Translations under genes and position numbers: made by a program
Part shown: positions 21,680-33,700 of the stretch, piece after piece
How positions within the stretch are numbered: the first letter of the stretch is position 1
How the letters are laid out: every line of letters starts with the position of its first letter
The notes under the pieces: model-generated
Database searches by the model: none
What the model saw: the letters and a program-made list of their open reading frames with translations, nothing else
Told to the model about the DNA's origin: nothing
Virus record (IMG/VR): IMGVR_UViG_3300031857_000014
Strand: one strand, 5' to 3'
Length of the DNA stretch: 64,000 nucleotides
Origin: a virus
Taxonomy: Duplodnaviria > Caudoviricetes

Positions 21680-22291
21680 TTATGATACTTTATATGCATC
21701 TCGTATTTTTTGAACCATAACTAAATCTCCCTTATTTGGTCCTGTTATAAATTCATAATATCTAATTTCACCTGTATTTGTTGGTTTTGACGCTTTACCT
21801 CTAAGTTGCATATCATTTAATATCTTATTTTCGAAAGTACTTTTCACTAAATAACCTAAAGACGGTATATCTTTTTGTACATCATGAAATAATACAACCT
21901 TATTATTACGTTGAGTAGGTTGAGTTAATTTTATTGCTTCTGTATTTGAATTCTTTGCAATGGTATTAGTTTCTTCTGAAATTTTATTATCTACTATTTT
22001 AAAACCTAATTCGTTAATAAAAGGTAATTTATACCCGGTTGAAATAATTGATTTTGATCCGGTATTTGGGTCAATTTTTTCTTCAAACGATTCAAATCTA
22101 TTACCACTTTTTTTAAAATACATATATCCTGGTTCTTCAATTAATGGGTCATCTGAATAAAGTTGTAAATAGTATTCGTATGTATTATCAGGTTTAGTTG
22201 ATTTCATTTCTTGAGGTACTTCAGCCTCTTTTAACATATACAATTTTTTTATGTGATTTCTGTCATTTTCGTTTAAAATAAATCTATTCAT
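21680..22291 (-). CDS. Hypothetical protein with LNE/LKE motifs, possible head cargo
   Basis: MNRFILNENDRNHIKKLYMLKEAE. Confidence 0.5.
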   Translation of the reverse strand: MNRFILNENDRNHIKKLYMLKEAEVPQEMKSTKPDNTYEYYLQLYSDDPLIEEPGYMYFKKSGNRFESFEEKIDPNTGSKSIISTGYKLPFINELGFKIVDNKISEETNTIAKNSNTEAIKLTQPTQRNNKVVLFHDVQKDIPSLGYLVKSTFENKILNDMQLRGKASKPTNTGEIRYYEFITGPNKGDLVMVQKIRDAYKVS

Positions 22292-22371
22292 GTAAAATAT
22301 TTTTAAATAAATATTTGGTTATTTGGAAACAAACCCCTAATTTTGATATTAGAATCAAAAAAACCATTATT

Positions 22372-22734
22372 ATGAAAAAGTCATTACTAACGATTTTTGT
22401 GTTTATTTTTTCTTTGGTTAAAATGAACGCTCAAAATTTACGCAGTGAAATGACACCAGAGTCGTATCAAAAATTGACAGAAAGTCAAAAAGAATTGTAT
22501 AAACAGTGTTTATCTGAATCGGGATTAGATGAAAAAGATATAATTTGGTTAAAAGATAGTACCTATGAAAATCTTATTTCAGATTATAAATATTATAGTA
22601 CAAAAGTCATCATAAAAAACAAAAATGATAAGAAAAATCAAACACATGTAATTTGTGGTAGGTATGAATTAAAAACCCCACAATGTTTGTATTTTGTAAA
22701 TGATAATGAAGTTATTTTACAGATTTATTTTTAA
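22372..22734 (+). CDS. Secreted hypothetical protein
   Basis: Signal peptide MKKSLLTIFVFIFSLVKMNA. Confidence 0.55.
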   Translation: MKKSLLTIFVFIFSLVKMNAQNLRSEMTPESYQKLTESQKELYKQCLSESGLDEKDIIWLKDSTYENLISDYKYYSTKVIIKNKNDKKNQTHVICGRYELKTPQCLYFVNDNEVILQIYF

Positions 22735-22811
22735 ATAAAAAAATATTATTTTTTCTCTTTTGATTTTGTTTGTGTTATTTATTATTAGATAAATTTCACA
22801 AACAATTTTTT

Positions 22812-23873
22812 ATGCCCAAACCAAAAGTACTCTTCATTTTAAAGAGAAGACATGATTACAATTCAGAAAAACATTCAAATGTTAATATGAGCACCGGTTT
22901 ATATAATTCGGCGTTTTTTATGAATGAAATGATAAATGAATTGGGAATAAAATCTGAAATTGTTGTGGTAGTAGATAACAATTGTATTGATAAAGAAGTA
23001 ACAAAATACAAACCTACTCATGTAATAATAGAAGCATTATGGGTTGTTCCTGATAAATTTTATGTTCTCACAAAACTACATCCTAATGTTAAATGGATTA
23101 TTAGACTGCACAGTGAAATTCCATTTTTAGCAAATGAAGGTTCTGCTTTTAATTGGTTAGGTGACTACATGACTTATAAAAATGTGATAATTGCAACAAA
23201 TGCACCAAGAACTTATAAGGAAATGAAGTTTTATCTTAAACACAAATTAAATTGTAATAGTGAAATTGTTGAAAACAAAGTAACGTATCTCCCAAATTAT
23301 TATCCACAACAATACATTGACAAAAAATTCAATAGAAACAAAGAATATATTGATATCTGTTCTTTTGGTGCAATTAGACCATTAAAAAATCAACTTTTAC
23401 AAGCAATTGCTGCTGTTAAGTTTGCGGAAAAAATAGGTAAAAAATTAAGATTTCATATCAATTCAGGTAGGGTTGAACAAAAAGGTAATTCTGTTTTAAA
23501 AAATATGATGAGTTTATTTGAACATTTATATGACGAAGGTCATGAATTAATTAATCATGAATGGATGCCAAGAGAAGAATTTTTAGAATTATGTTCAAAA
23601 ATGGATATTGGTATGCAAGTTTCATTATCTGAAACATTTAATATAGTTGGTGCAGACTTAGTAAGTCAAGGAATTCCATTAGTGGCGTCTCACGAAATCC
23701 CTTGGGCCAATTCTTGGTTTTGTTCTAACCCTGTAGATAGTGAAGATATGGTACGAAAATTAATGTTTAGTTATAATTTTCCAAAATTAAATGTACTAAC
23801 TAATCAATATTTTTTAAAAAGTTACACAAATAAAACAAAAAAGATTTGGAAAAACTATTTATTAAAAAAGTAA
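22812..23873 (+). CDS. Glycosyltransferase, GT-B fold (GT4-like)
   Basis: ICSFGAIRPLKNQL, SKMDIGMQVSLSETFNIVGAD..SQGIPLVAS (ExF7E-like region). Confidence 0.78.
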   Translation: MPKPKVLFILKRRHDYNSEKHSNVNMSTGLYNSAFFMNEMINELGIKSEIVVVVDNNCIDKEVTKYKPTHVIIEALWVVPDKFYVLTKLHPNVKWIIRLHSEIPFLANEGSAFNWLGDYMTYKNVIIATNAPRTYKEMKFYLKHKLNCNSEIVENKVTYLPNYYPQQYIDKKFNRNKEYIDICSFGAIRPLKNQLLQAIAAVKFAEKIGKKLRFHINSGRVEQKGNSVLKNMMSLFEHLYDEGHELINHEWMPREEFLELCSKMDIGMQVSLSETFNIVGADLVSQGIPLVASHEIPWANSWFCSNPVDSEDMVRKLMFSYNFPKLNVLTNQYFLKSYTNKTKKIWKNYLLKK

Positions 23874-23874
23874 A

Positions 23875-24084
23875 ATGAAAGAAAATAAAAAATTTAGAAT
23901 AGAAGTTTTTATTTGGAAAGACGGTAGATTAAAAAAATTGGTTCATTATTTTTTAAATGAGAATAGAGCAGTTAGATACGCTAAAAGATTATTACACAAA
24001 ACCAAAGTTTACGATGAAAACGGTGAAATGATTTGTCAATATTATGGTGGAGAAATTATGGATTCAGATGAATCTTATTCATAA
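23875..24084 (+). CDS. Hypothetical protein
   Basis: 69-aa ORF following the glycosyltransferase. Confidence 0.45.
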   Translation: MKENKKFRIEVFIWKDGRLKKLVHYFLNENRAVRYAKRLLHKTKVYDENGEMICQYYGGEIMDSDESYS

Positions 24085-24094
24085 ATTTATGTTG

Positions 24095-24709
24095 TTAAGG
24101 TATACTACATAAATTTTGATTAGATAATGTCGAAGAATTAACTGTCCATACGTTTATACCATCAGAATAGTAACCGTTACTCACTTGTGTAGTTAATTCC
24201 ATATCAGTAAATATTGTTACACCGTTTGATAGTAATGATGAACTTGAATAATATGCATTAGTTGTGGGATATATTGTACATGCATCGTTTTCGGTGACAT
24301 CACTAAAAGATAAGTCAAAAACATAAAAAACAGTTGTTGGTGTTGGTGTAGATGTTGGACTAAGTGTTGGTGTAGGCGTTGGAGTAGGATTAGGTACCCA
24401 AGGTAATGGTAAATTAATAATTGGAGGATTTATTAAATCCTCTATTTTTTTGTTTAATATTGATTGTAATTGATTGACATTTGTACTTGTATTTAACCAA
24501 TAATCCGCAATATTTTTTGTTATACTTTCATAAGGTACATAAGTATCACTATTAACTTCAGAACTAAATTCAGTGTATCCTTTAATTGTTGAGGTATAAC
24601 CACTTTCATTATCCGCCAAATAATCCCAATATATTATATAAACAAAATTTTCTAAACCTTCAAAAACCGGTTTAACATCAATTTTATTTATTATCCATTC
24701 GTATTTCAT
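24095..24709 (-). CDS. Tail-associated protein with a PT-rich linker
   Basis: YEW.I..IDVKP..VYIIYW..YVPYESIT..W N-terminal domain typical of tail-fibre-adjacent proteins; PTPTPTPTLSPTSTPTPT linker. Confidence 0.55.
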   Translation of the reverse strand: MKYEWIINKIDVKPVFEGLENFVYIIYWDYLADNESGYTSTIKGYTEFSSEVNSDTYVPYESITKNIADYWLNTSTNVNQLQSILNKKIEDLINPPIINLPLPWVPNPTPTPTPTLSPTSTPTPTTVFYVFDLSFSDVTENDACTIYPTTNAYYSSSSLLSNGVTIFTDMELTTQVSNGYYSDGINVWTVNSSTLSNQNLCSIP

Positions 24710-24730
24710 TTAAATTGTTTTTAATAAATA

Positions 24731-25732
24731 TTACCAAGTATAAACCCTAACTTCACCTCTACCACCATTACCTCCGTTACCACCATTACCTGTACCCGTC
24801 GCGGCACCACCACCACCTCCTCCACCACCACATGCGCCACCATTACCACCTACGGCACCTGAAACGTTTCCGGTACCAGTACCTGCACCTCCACCACCAC
24901 CACCGGAACCACATTTTAAAGAATTTCCGTCTGAACCCGTACTACCTGATGTTGGTGCGGTTGAACTATTAGTTCCCACTGCACCACCACCACCATTTGT
25001 GTAAGATTGTGAACTACCACCAGCACTCCCAACTAATCCTCCATTACCTGTACCCACAAGACCACCATAACCACCACCACCTGCGCCATATATTGATGAA
25101 CCTCCGGGAGAGGATACCGAAATTGTATTATTAGTTCTACCACCACCAGCACCACCACCATATTCACCATTCCCTGTCGTAGTGGCACCTTGACTACTCG
25201 CACCTTGACCTCCAATCGCTGTTAGTATTGATGTTCCGGGTAAACCTCCACCACGTACAGTTGATACCGCCGTTCCTGTTAATCCCGAACTACCTGTGCC
25301 ACCACCTCCACCTCCACCATGTGCGGTAGCAGTTACTTGTCCACCACTACCACCTCCACCACCATACGCAATAGTTTGAGTTAAACCTGTACTAAATGAT
25401 GATGATTCACCCGTATTTCCACTAATTCCTACAGTATTTGTAGTAGTTGAACCAGCACCGCCAGTACCGCCAGCACCAACATAAACAGATTCAGTTGAAT
25501 TTAATAATGACGCTAAATATGTTCTTGTTGATATTGCACCACCACCACCACCAGCACCACCTAATCTGTTAGTACCTGCGTTATTTTTTGCTCCTCCACC
25601 ACCTCCACCACCAGCGCCAACACAAACCACATACACAACTTTTGCACCTGTCGGTTTTGTCCAAGTGTTTATACCTGTTCCTGTAAAAATTTGAACATTA
25701 GGTACTGAATTTATTGAGTTATTAAATGACAT
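24731..25732 (-). CDS. Glycine-rich adhesin-like tail protein, paralog 1
   Basis: TWTKPTGAKVVYVVCVGAGGGGGGG ... GGNGGRGEVRVYTW. Confidence 0.75.
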   Translation of the reverse strand: MSFNNSINSVPNVQIFTGTGINTWTKPTGAKVVYVVCVGAGGGGGGGAKNNAGTNRLGGAGGGGGAISTRTYLASLLNSTESVYVGAGGTGGAGSTTTNTVGISGNTGESSSFSTGLTQTIAYGGGGGSGGQVTATAHGGGGGGGTGSSGLTGTAVSTVRGGGLPGTSILTAIGGQGASSQGATTTGNGEYGGGAGGGRTNNTISVSSPGGSSIYGAGGGGYGGLVGTGNGGLVGSAGGSSQSYTNGGGGAVGTNSSTAPTSGSTGSDGNSLKCGSGGGGGGAGTGTGNVSGAVGGNGGACGGGGGGGGAATGTGNGGNGGNGGRGEVRVYTW

Positions 25733-25738
25733 AAAAAT

Positions 25739-26734
25739 TTACCAACTATATACAATTATTTTACCATTTCCACCTTTTCCACCATCGCCACCTCTCGCAC
25801 CGAAACCAAAACCACCACCTCCACCACCTCCTCCCGGATATCCACCATCACCACCATTTGCACCTCTTGTTGTTGTGTTTGTTGAACCACCTCCACCACC
25901 ACCACCATTTCCACAATAAATACCAGTATCACTTGTCGTTCCCGATGTACCAACAGTACCTATAGCACCATTCGTACCGGCAGAACCACCGTTACCTGCT
26001 GTGTATGATGATGAAGAACCACCATTAGTAGGTGCAAAAGATGAACCACCTGACCTTGATCCACCATTCCCACCACCACCACCACCAAATAATGAACTTC
26101 CTCCGTTATATTGAACATATAATGCACTATGACCTCCACCACCAGCACCACCGTACTCGGCGGTACCACCATTTGAATTTGTTTGTGAGTTACCTCCTTG
26201 ACCGGAATTAGCAACATTTGATGTTGCTCCCGGAAGACCTCCTGAAAGACTAGATGCTGAAGAGGAATTACCTGCACTTCCACTACCACCACCAGAACCA
26301 CCTGACAATGCGGATGCAATAATGTCACTGAATCCACCACCAGCACCACCACCAAAAGCAGTTAAGTAAACTGTTGAACCTGTACCAAATGTTGAGTTTC
26401 CACCAACAGTCGCGGCGGTAATTGGATTTAATCCGCCACCATGTAATCCACCTCCACCACCAGTACCTCCAGATGCCACAAAAATTGGTACTACCGATGG
26501 TAAATCAGACGCAGTAAACATTTTAAAACAAACTGCACCACCACCTCCTCCAGTACCACCAGCTTGGTTATCTGTAGATGTGGTTGAAGCATAACCACCA
26601 CCACCACCACCACCTCCACCAATACAAACAACAAATACAAATTGAACACCCGTAGGTTTTGTCCAAGTTGTGAAACCTGTTGTTGTGTATATATCTACAC
26701 TTCTTGCACTATTTATTACGTTATTTATTGACAT
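25739..26734 (-). CDS. Glycine-rich adhesin-like tail protein, paralog 2
   Basis: TWTKPTGVQFVFVVCIGGGGGGG ... GGKGGNGKIIVYSW. Confidence 0.75.
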   Translation of the reverse strand: MSINNVINSARSVDIYTTTGFTTWTKPTGVQFVFVVCIGGGGGGGGGYASTTSTDNQAGGTGGGGGAVCFKMFTASDLPSVVPIFVASGGTGGGGGLHGGGLNPITAATVGGNSTFGTGSTVYLTAFGGGAGGGFSDIIASALSGGSGGGSGSAGNSSSASSLSGGLPGATSNVANSGQGGNSQTNSNGGTAEYGGAGGGGHSALYVQYNGGSSLFGGGGGGNGGSRSGGSSFAPTNGGSSSSYTAGNGGSAGTNGAIGTVGTSGTTSDTGIYCGNGGGGGGGSTNTTTRGANGGDGGYPGGGGGGGGFGFGARGGDGGKGGNGKIIVYSW

Positions 26735-26745
26735 TTTATTTTAAT

Positions 26746-27741
26746 TTACCAAGAATAAACTCTAATCTCACCAATTCCACCGGTTCCTCCGGCACCCCCA
26801 ATGGCACCTCCTGAATTACCGCCGCCACCACCTCCTCCGCCACCTCCGCCAGGCGTACCACCATTACCACCTCTTCCTCCTGATACAGTTGTTGATGTAG
26901 AACAACCACCACCCCCACCGCCATCACCAGCAGCAATACCAACACGACTAGTTCCTGTTGAACCTGAAGTTGGTGGATTACCAGTTGTTCCACTTAACCC
27001 TCCTGTACCACCAGTATAAATACCTGACGCACCTCCTGAACTTGGTTGTCTTGTATAACTAATACCACCAAAACCACCACATCCTCCGCCACCGCCACCA
27101 AATAAAGAACACCCTCCTTGAAATACTGTTACTCCACTGGCAGTGTATGCTCCCCCACCGGCACCACCATATTCAGCAGATGCTCCACCAAATGTTGAGT
27201 TTGATGCACCTCCTGTACCACCGATTGAAAGAGAAGTTGATGCTGACGATTGTGGGTTACCTCCAGCAACACTTGTTGAGTTTGACGCAGCATTCGTACC
27301 AACACTAGCGGTACCACCACCTCCACCACCACATGCTGCCGACTGAACAGTAACAAATCCACCTCCTCCACCACCGCCACCATATGCAACTAATAAAGTT
27401 GAACCTGAACTAAATCTTGAATTACCACCACCAGTACCCGCATTTCCATTACCCGTTGTCCCTGCACCACCTGTACCTCCTGATGCTACAATTACAGTTT
27501 CTGATGAGGATAATTCAGATGCGGTGTAGAGTCTTGAAACAAAAGCACCACCGCCGCCTCCTTTACCTGATTGTCTAATACCATTAGATGCGTTACCTCC
27601 ACCACTTCCACCACCACCACCGCCGCCTATACAAACAACATATACAAACTTAACACCTGTAGGTTTTGTCCAAGTTGTTGTTCCTACACCTGAAAATATT
27701 TGAGTATCTATTATTTCGTTTATAGAATTATTAAATGACAT
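26746..27741 (-). CDS. Glycine-rich adhesin-like tail protein, paralog 3
   Basis: TWTKPTGVKFVYVVCIGGGGGGG ... GGTGGIGEIRVYSW. Confidence 0.75.
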   Translation of the reverse strand: MSFNNSINEIIDTQIFSGVGTTTWTKPTGVKFVYVVCIGGGGGGGSGGGNASNGIRQSGKGGGGGAFVSRLYTASELSSSETVIVASGGTGGAGTTGNGNAGTGGGNSRFSSGSTLLVAYGGGGGGGGFVTVQSAACGGGGGGTASVGTNAASNSTSVAGGNPQSSASTSLSIGGTGGASNSTFGGASAEYGGAGGGAYTASGVTVFQGGCSLFGGGGGGCGGFGGISYTRQPSSGGASGIYTGGTGGLSGTTGNPPTSGSTGTSRVGIAAGDGGGGGGCSTSTTVSGGRGGNGGTPGGGGGGGGGGGNSGGAIGGAGGTGGIGEIRVYSW

Positions 27742-27745
27742 ATTT

Positions 27746-30700
27746 TTAGTTTATATCGATATTACCAATTGCAGATAATACGGTGTATTCGTTATTTGTT
27801 GTTGTACACAATAATTTAATTGCGTCATATGTTTGTGTTGATTGTACGTATCCTGTTGCACCTGAAGTAGAATTAACAATACCAAAATGAATTTGATGAT
27901 TAGATTCTTGTGCAATTTTCCAACCTCCGGCACCAATACCAACAACTTCAATTATCGACCCAACTGATGCTGTAGAAGGTAATGTAATAATCACTTGTGA
28001 CCCTGAATTAGTTATATACCCATTGTTTGTCACACCTGTTTGAGAAGATGTAATTGTTGACCAAGTAATAATACCCACACTATTTAAACTTCTTGTGTGT
28101 AAAACACCAGTGCCGTCTGTGGTAATAATATCAGTATCTGTTGATGGTTGTAATCCAACAAATTGAACAGGGTTTGTTGTTGCTGTGACAACTAAAGTAT
28201 TAGCGGTCAACCCCGCAGCAAAATATGTTTCACCCGGAACAGTTCCACCAGTAAACGTTCCACCTGAACCAGTCGTACCAGTAAAATTTACACCAAAATT
28301 TGGATATGTACCAGTAATTTGAATGTTTGTCCCACCAGATATTGTTACTGTTTGGTCTGGCGATGTGTTGATTAATGTTATGTTACCATTAGTTGATGAA
28401 CCAGATAAACCTGTACTAGTCGTTATTGAATTAACAACATTTGTTAAATTGGAACCATCACCATATATTGTTCCACCACTTATTGTATTTGCGGTTAAAC
28501 CTGCATTAAATATTTGTCCTGATGTGAAAGTGTTTGATACATTTTCATACGCAACGTTATTATATTCTGACGATGTTAGGTGATAATATTCGCCACCGGT
28601 CCCACCTTGTATTCCTGTTAGATCATTGTGAGATTGTACTGTTGATGGTTGAAATACTTGAGCAAACGCACTCTCAACAGTACCTGTCAAAGCCGACACT
28701 TGAACAATAATTCTACCAGTTAAAAACGCATGTGATGTGATTAATTCGGGTAAATTAGGTTCTAACGATAATTGTGCTTCAGACACGTTATCATATTCGT
28801 CATTACCCCAAACTTCATATAAATGGTCATTTATTTCTTGACCTCTAAAATACCAGTTAACAAGATATTTTCCTGCGGTACCAGCGATTCTATCCGTTCC
28901 ATTATCGTAAAATAAATTATTCAGTGTATTTGATGTTGTTGTATATGTCCATGTACCACCACTGTGAAAACTTTGAAAAAATACATCATCTGTACTATTA
29001 ACCGCAACCAATGTTTGTCTATTTGTACCATTCCATGCAACACCTGAAGATAAAGTCACAACACCCGTTGTCCCACTTAAACCCAAAGAAAAACCGTCTT
29101 CTCTTGCAAACCTATCTGTGTAAATGATTCTATCGTTTAATTTATTTGGAAGACCAGCACCTTCGTTACCAAAATCTAATACGTGAACAAAATTATTTGC
29201 CCTATAAACTATTAGGTACAATACTATATTACTACTATTGATTGTTGAGTCGTCTGTGAGAACATCGTACACCGGAGTTCCATTATTATAATCTATAACA
29301 ATGTAGTTAGTATCTTCATTTGATAATGCAGGTATTCCTACACCTGTAGTTTGACCTGACACAGTGTATACTTCAACACTACCAGTAAACGCGGTATTAC
29401 TATATAATGCAACTTGTGTGGTAGGGAATGTCATTGTACCATCATTATTGTTAATCCATAAGTCAGAATTAACAATCACTCCGGAATTATAATTAGATAT
29501 ATTATAATAAGTTGAAGCACTTATTGTATTTGCGGTTAATCCATTTGTAAAATTTGTTGCACCTGTTACTGTCCCACCCGTAAATGAAGTACCTGTCGAA
29601 CCTGTAAAATTTACACCAAAGTTTGGATATGCACTAACTATTTGAATTCCTGTCCCTCCGGATATTGTGATAGTTTGGTCCGGTGATGTATTAGTAATTG
29701 TTACAACACCATTGTTTGTTGATGCCGAAATTCCTGTTCCGCCAGTCACAGAACTTACTGGTAAATTACTGTATGTCGATGCGCTTATTGTATTTGCCGT
29801 TAAACCACCAGTAAAATTCGTTGGACCTGATACAGTACCACCTGTGAATGTTCCACTTGATGTACCACCAGTTAATCCGGATAAAGGATATGTGTGAACA
29901 ACACCAGTCGAGTCAATACTCAAAATCAAATTATCTGTAGTACTTCCAGTTAATCCTTGAATCCTAATAGGATTTGTACTACCTGAAATGTGTAATTTAT
30001 TTGTTGGATTTCTTACACCAATACCTATTGTTTGTCCTGAAGTCAAAACTAATAAATTAGAATTAGCATCCCAATTATCATTTTGTGGTGTAACACCAAA
30101 AATTAATGGCCACCCCTCAGCACTAACGTTAGTTGAGTCGGTATGAATATAATGTGCTTTAGTTAAGTTATCTCCAACAAAAAGTAATGAATTCGCTATG
30201 TTATTTGCAGCAAATTGAAACGCATATCCATAACCAGAAGGATTTCCATTAGGTGTAAGTGCAACCGATACTCCGTAATTGGTTTCTTTTGATATTACTG
30301 TCAAATAATCTATGAATCCAGATGAAGTAGAACTTAATGTTGTATATTGTAAATCGAATGTATTACCACTTATAAAAGGTGCGTTCAAATTACCAAACAC
30401 ATTTACTTCATTTTGGTTTACATTTAAAATATCACTTCTATTAAAATCGTCAGTACCATTACCGATTACAAATAATGAATTAGTATTACCTGTGAGATTA
30501 TATTTTCCGGAAGCATGTTGACCTTCACCATCCGCATGTGTACCAATACCTTCAGAATGAGAATAATTACCATTAGCTCGTGTAGATAAACCTTCAGAAT
30601 GTGAACCTATACCGTTAGATATATTTGTACAACCAGTAACAGAACTTAATATAACACCACTCCAATTATTCGTAAAAATAACATTTGATTCACCTGCTCC

Positions 30701-33700
30701 GGAATCGAAAATTGCTTTGTCTATATAGTATGGTCCATAATAACATAAATTAACATCAAAAGAATTAAATATTAACCTACTTACTATCGAACCATCGGGT
30801 ATTGATGACCAATCACCAATTATTCTAATTGTCGATTCATCTAACCAATCACCACTATATGATTCATAAGTGACACCTGAAACATCAATTCTAAAATATG
30901 TTAAAGGATTATTCACTAATGGTTCAAAAGTATTTGAACCGTCAATAAAATATCCCGCACCTTCGGAATGTGAATATAAACCCACTGAATTTGTATAATA
31001 ACCCTCTGAATGAGAATATTCACCATTAGAATCAGTATTAAAACCTTCGGCATGTGAATAATTACCATTAGAATCATTATATGAACCTTCAGCATGTGAA
31101 TGAGAACCTGGTGATCTTGAGAAATGACCTTCAGAATGTGAATATGAGCCGTTAGATTGTGTTTGTTCACCTTCACTATGTGAATAAGAACCATTTGCTA
31201 TAGTACTATTCCCTTCAGAATGAGATCCGGTACCAAAAGCGGTAGACGAACCTTCCGCGTGAGAATAAATACCAATCGCACCTGAACTTACACCTTCTGA
31301 ATGAGAATAAGCACCACTAGCAGTTGTACTTAATCCTTGTGCATGTGATAAAATACCACTTGGATTATTACTAGGTGCCCCTTGTTTAAATTTTTCAAGT
31401 ATTGATAATGTTGATGCTGTTGTTCCTGTAAATGTTAATGATAATTCATTTTGATTTACTGTTCTAGGACTTGACAAAGTACCGTTACCGGTATATAAAG
31501 TATTTGGTAAATTATTGTAAGTCGATGCACTTATTGTATTTGCAATTAAACCACCAGTAAAACTTGTTGACCCTGTAACAGTACCTCCACTTAATGGAAG
31601 ATAAGGGAATGATGTTTGACCTGTGTAGTTTACCCCAAAATTTGGATATGTTCCTGCAATCTGAATATTTGTTCCACCTGTAATTGTTACAGTTCTATCC
31701 GGAGATGTGTTTGTAACTGTTACAACACCATTACTTGTTGATGCTGAAATTCCTGTCCCACCAGTAACAGAACTTACTGGTAAATTACTGTATGTCGATG
31801 CAGATATTGTTGTTGCAGTTAAACCTTGTAATGACGTGTTACCACCAATATTCAAAGTGTTTCCGAATATAGATGTTCCTGAAAACGCACCATCCGCCCT
31901 TATGAATGAGGTAACAACATTACTTGAATTAACACCCTCTATTAAATTCGTTACCGAATCACCTGATATTGTACCATTTTTTATTGATAAACCATCTAAT
32001 GTTGAATTAATTGTGATTTCAGGATTAGATGAGTTATTATACGCTTGTTGTAAAGTTGTTGTTGATGTTCCACCCGCAGCGCCAATTAATTCACCAAATT
32101 TTGATACTGAGAAAAATTGAGCCTTACTTGTATCATTTAATTCAGTACAACTGCTTAAAACAGAAAGAATACCAATTAAAATACCATTATCTCTAAAATT
32201 GGGGAATGTAACAAATGTTTCGTTTTGTAGTGCAGCAACAGCAGCCGCCAATTGGTTATACTCCTGTTGTCCGTATTGAATTCTTATTTGACCGTTTTGT
32301 AATAAATAAATTCTTTGATTTGTTGCCTTTACACCAGTTATTGGTGTAATTACACCATTAACATCCTTATTTGATGGGTCAATTACTGTCGTATTCGACG
32401 CCGTTCCACCTGTTCGAGTTCTGTATTGAAAGGTTGTTGGACTTTGACTATTAATTGTTAAACTATTCGGATTTAATTTGTTTGTAATGTATCCAATACC
32501 AAGACCATATAATGTACCTGCAGAAGTATTAAATGTTAAATTGGCACCATTATCGGATGGTATAACACCATCATTAATCAATTTAATCGAGGTAAACATA
32601 TCCCTTAATTGGGATAGTGGTGATAATACAGAATCAGGTTCGTTAAATGTATTAATTAAAAACTGTTTATTTCCGTGACCAAACTTTCCAAGATATATGT
32701 TTTGTCTTCTTTGTTGTGGCGTTGGAAAACTTGTTTGTTGTGTTATTGTTGATGCACTTGTAAGTAATACATATGTTTCTGTTGCAGTAGAATAATATAA
32801 TGAGGTGTTACCTGTAGAACCAGAATATATAATAAGTTGAATTGTTGGATTTGCTGGTGCTGTCACATTATCAATTATCCAACCCTCAACCTCACCGACA
32901 CTAAATGTTGTTCCTGATGGGTTATCAATACTAAGTCCACCGAATTGGAAAACACCGGTGGAACTATTATTAGCAGCCAATATATTATTTTCTTGAGTCG
33001 TAATAATTGTTCCCTCAATTTCATTTAATATTGTAACTTGTAATTTACCATTAGATGAATTATCTAAAACGTGACCGACTTCACAAGTTCTGCCTGTATA
33101 AAATAGGTCGGAATAACTCGCGAATCCACCCGCAACATGTTGAGATAAATAAACCTGTTCACCAATACTAAATCCTGTTAAATTAATATCTCTAACGACA
33201 CCAAAAACAGTCATAAAACCAAATGAACCATTTGGTATATCATGAGTTGCAATACCTGATATTTGAAATTGTACCGCATCTCCACCCGTTCCGATTGCTA
33301 ATGATACGGTTGGTGTACCTGAAATTGCACCTGTTATATGTAATGCCTGTCCATTATTTATTTGAACCCCTAAATTATTATAAATTCTAACTAAACTTTC
33401 TTGACCTAAATTAACAGTTACATCATTACTTGGTGTTATTGGTTTGTATGATAAAGCATTTTCATTTGAGTCGTAATATAGTGTTCCTCCTGTTGGTGAC
33501 GGTACGGTTGGTGTAGTATCAAAATCAATATAATTCACTGATAACCCACTCGTAAAAGTTGTGTTACCAAATACAGTTCCTCCAGAAAGTGAAAGAAAGT
33601 TTCCTGACGCACCAGAAACAGGACCCCAATTAGCATTACCATTTGAATCACATGTTAATACGTAACCATTTATTTCTGTTCCGTTAGAATAAGTAAAACC

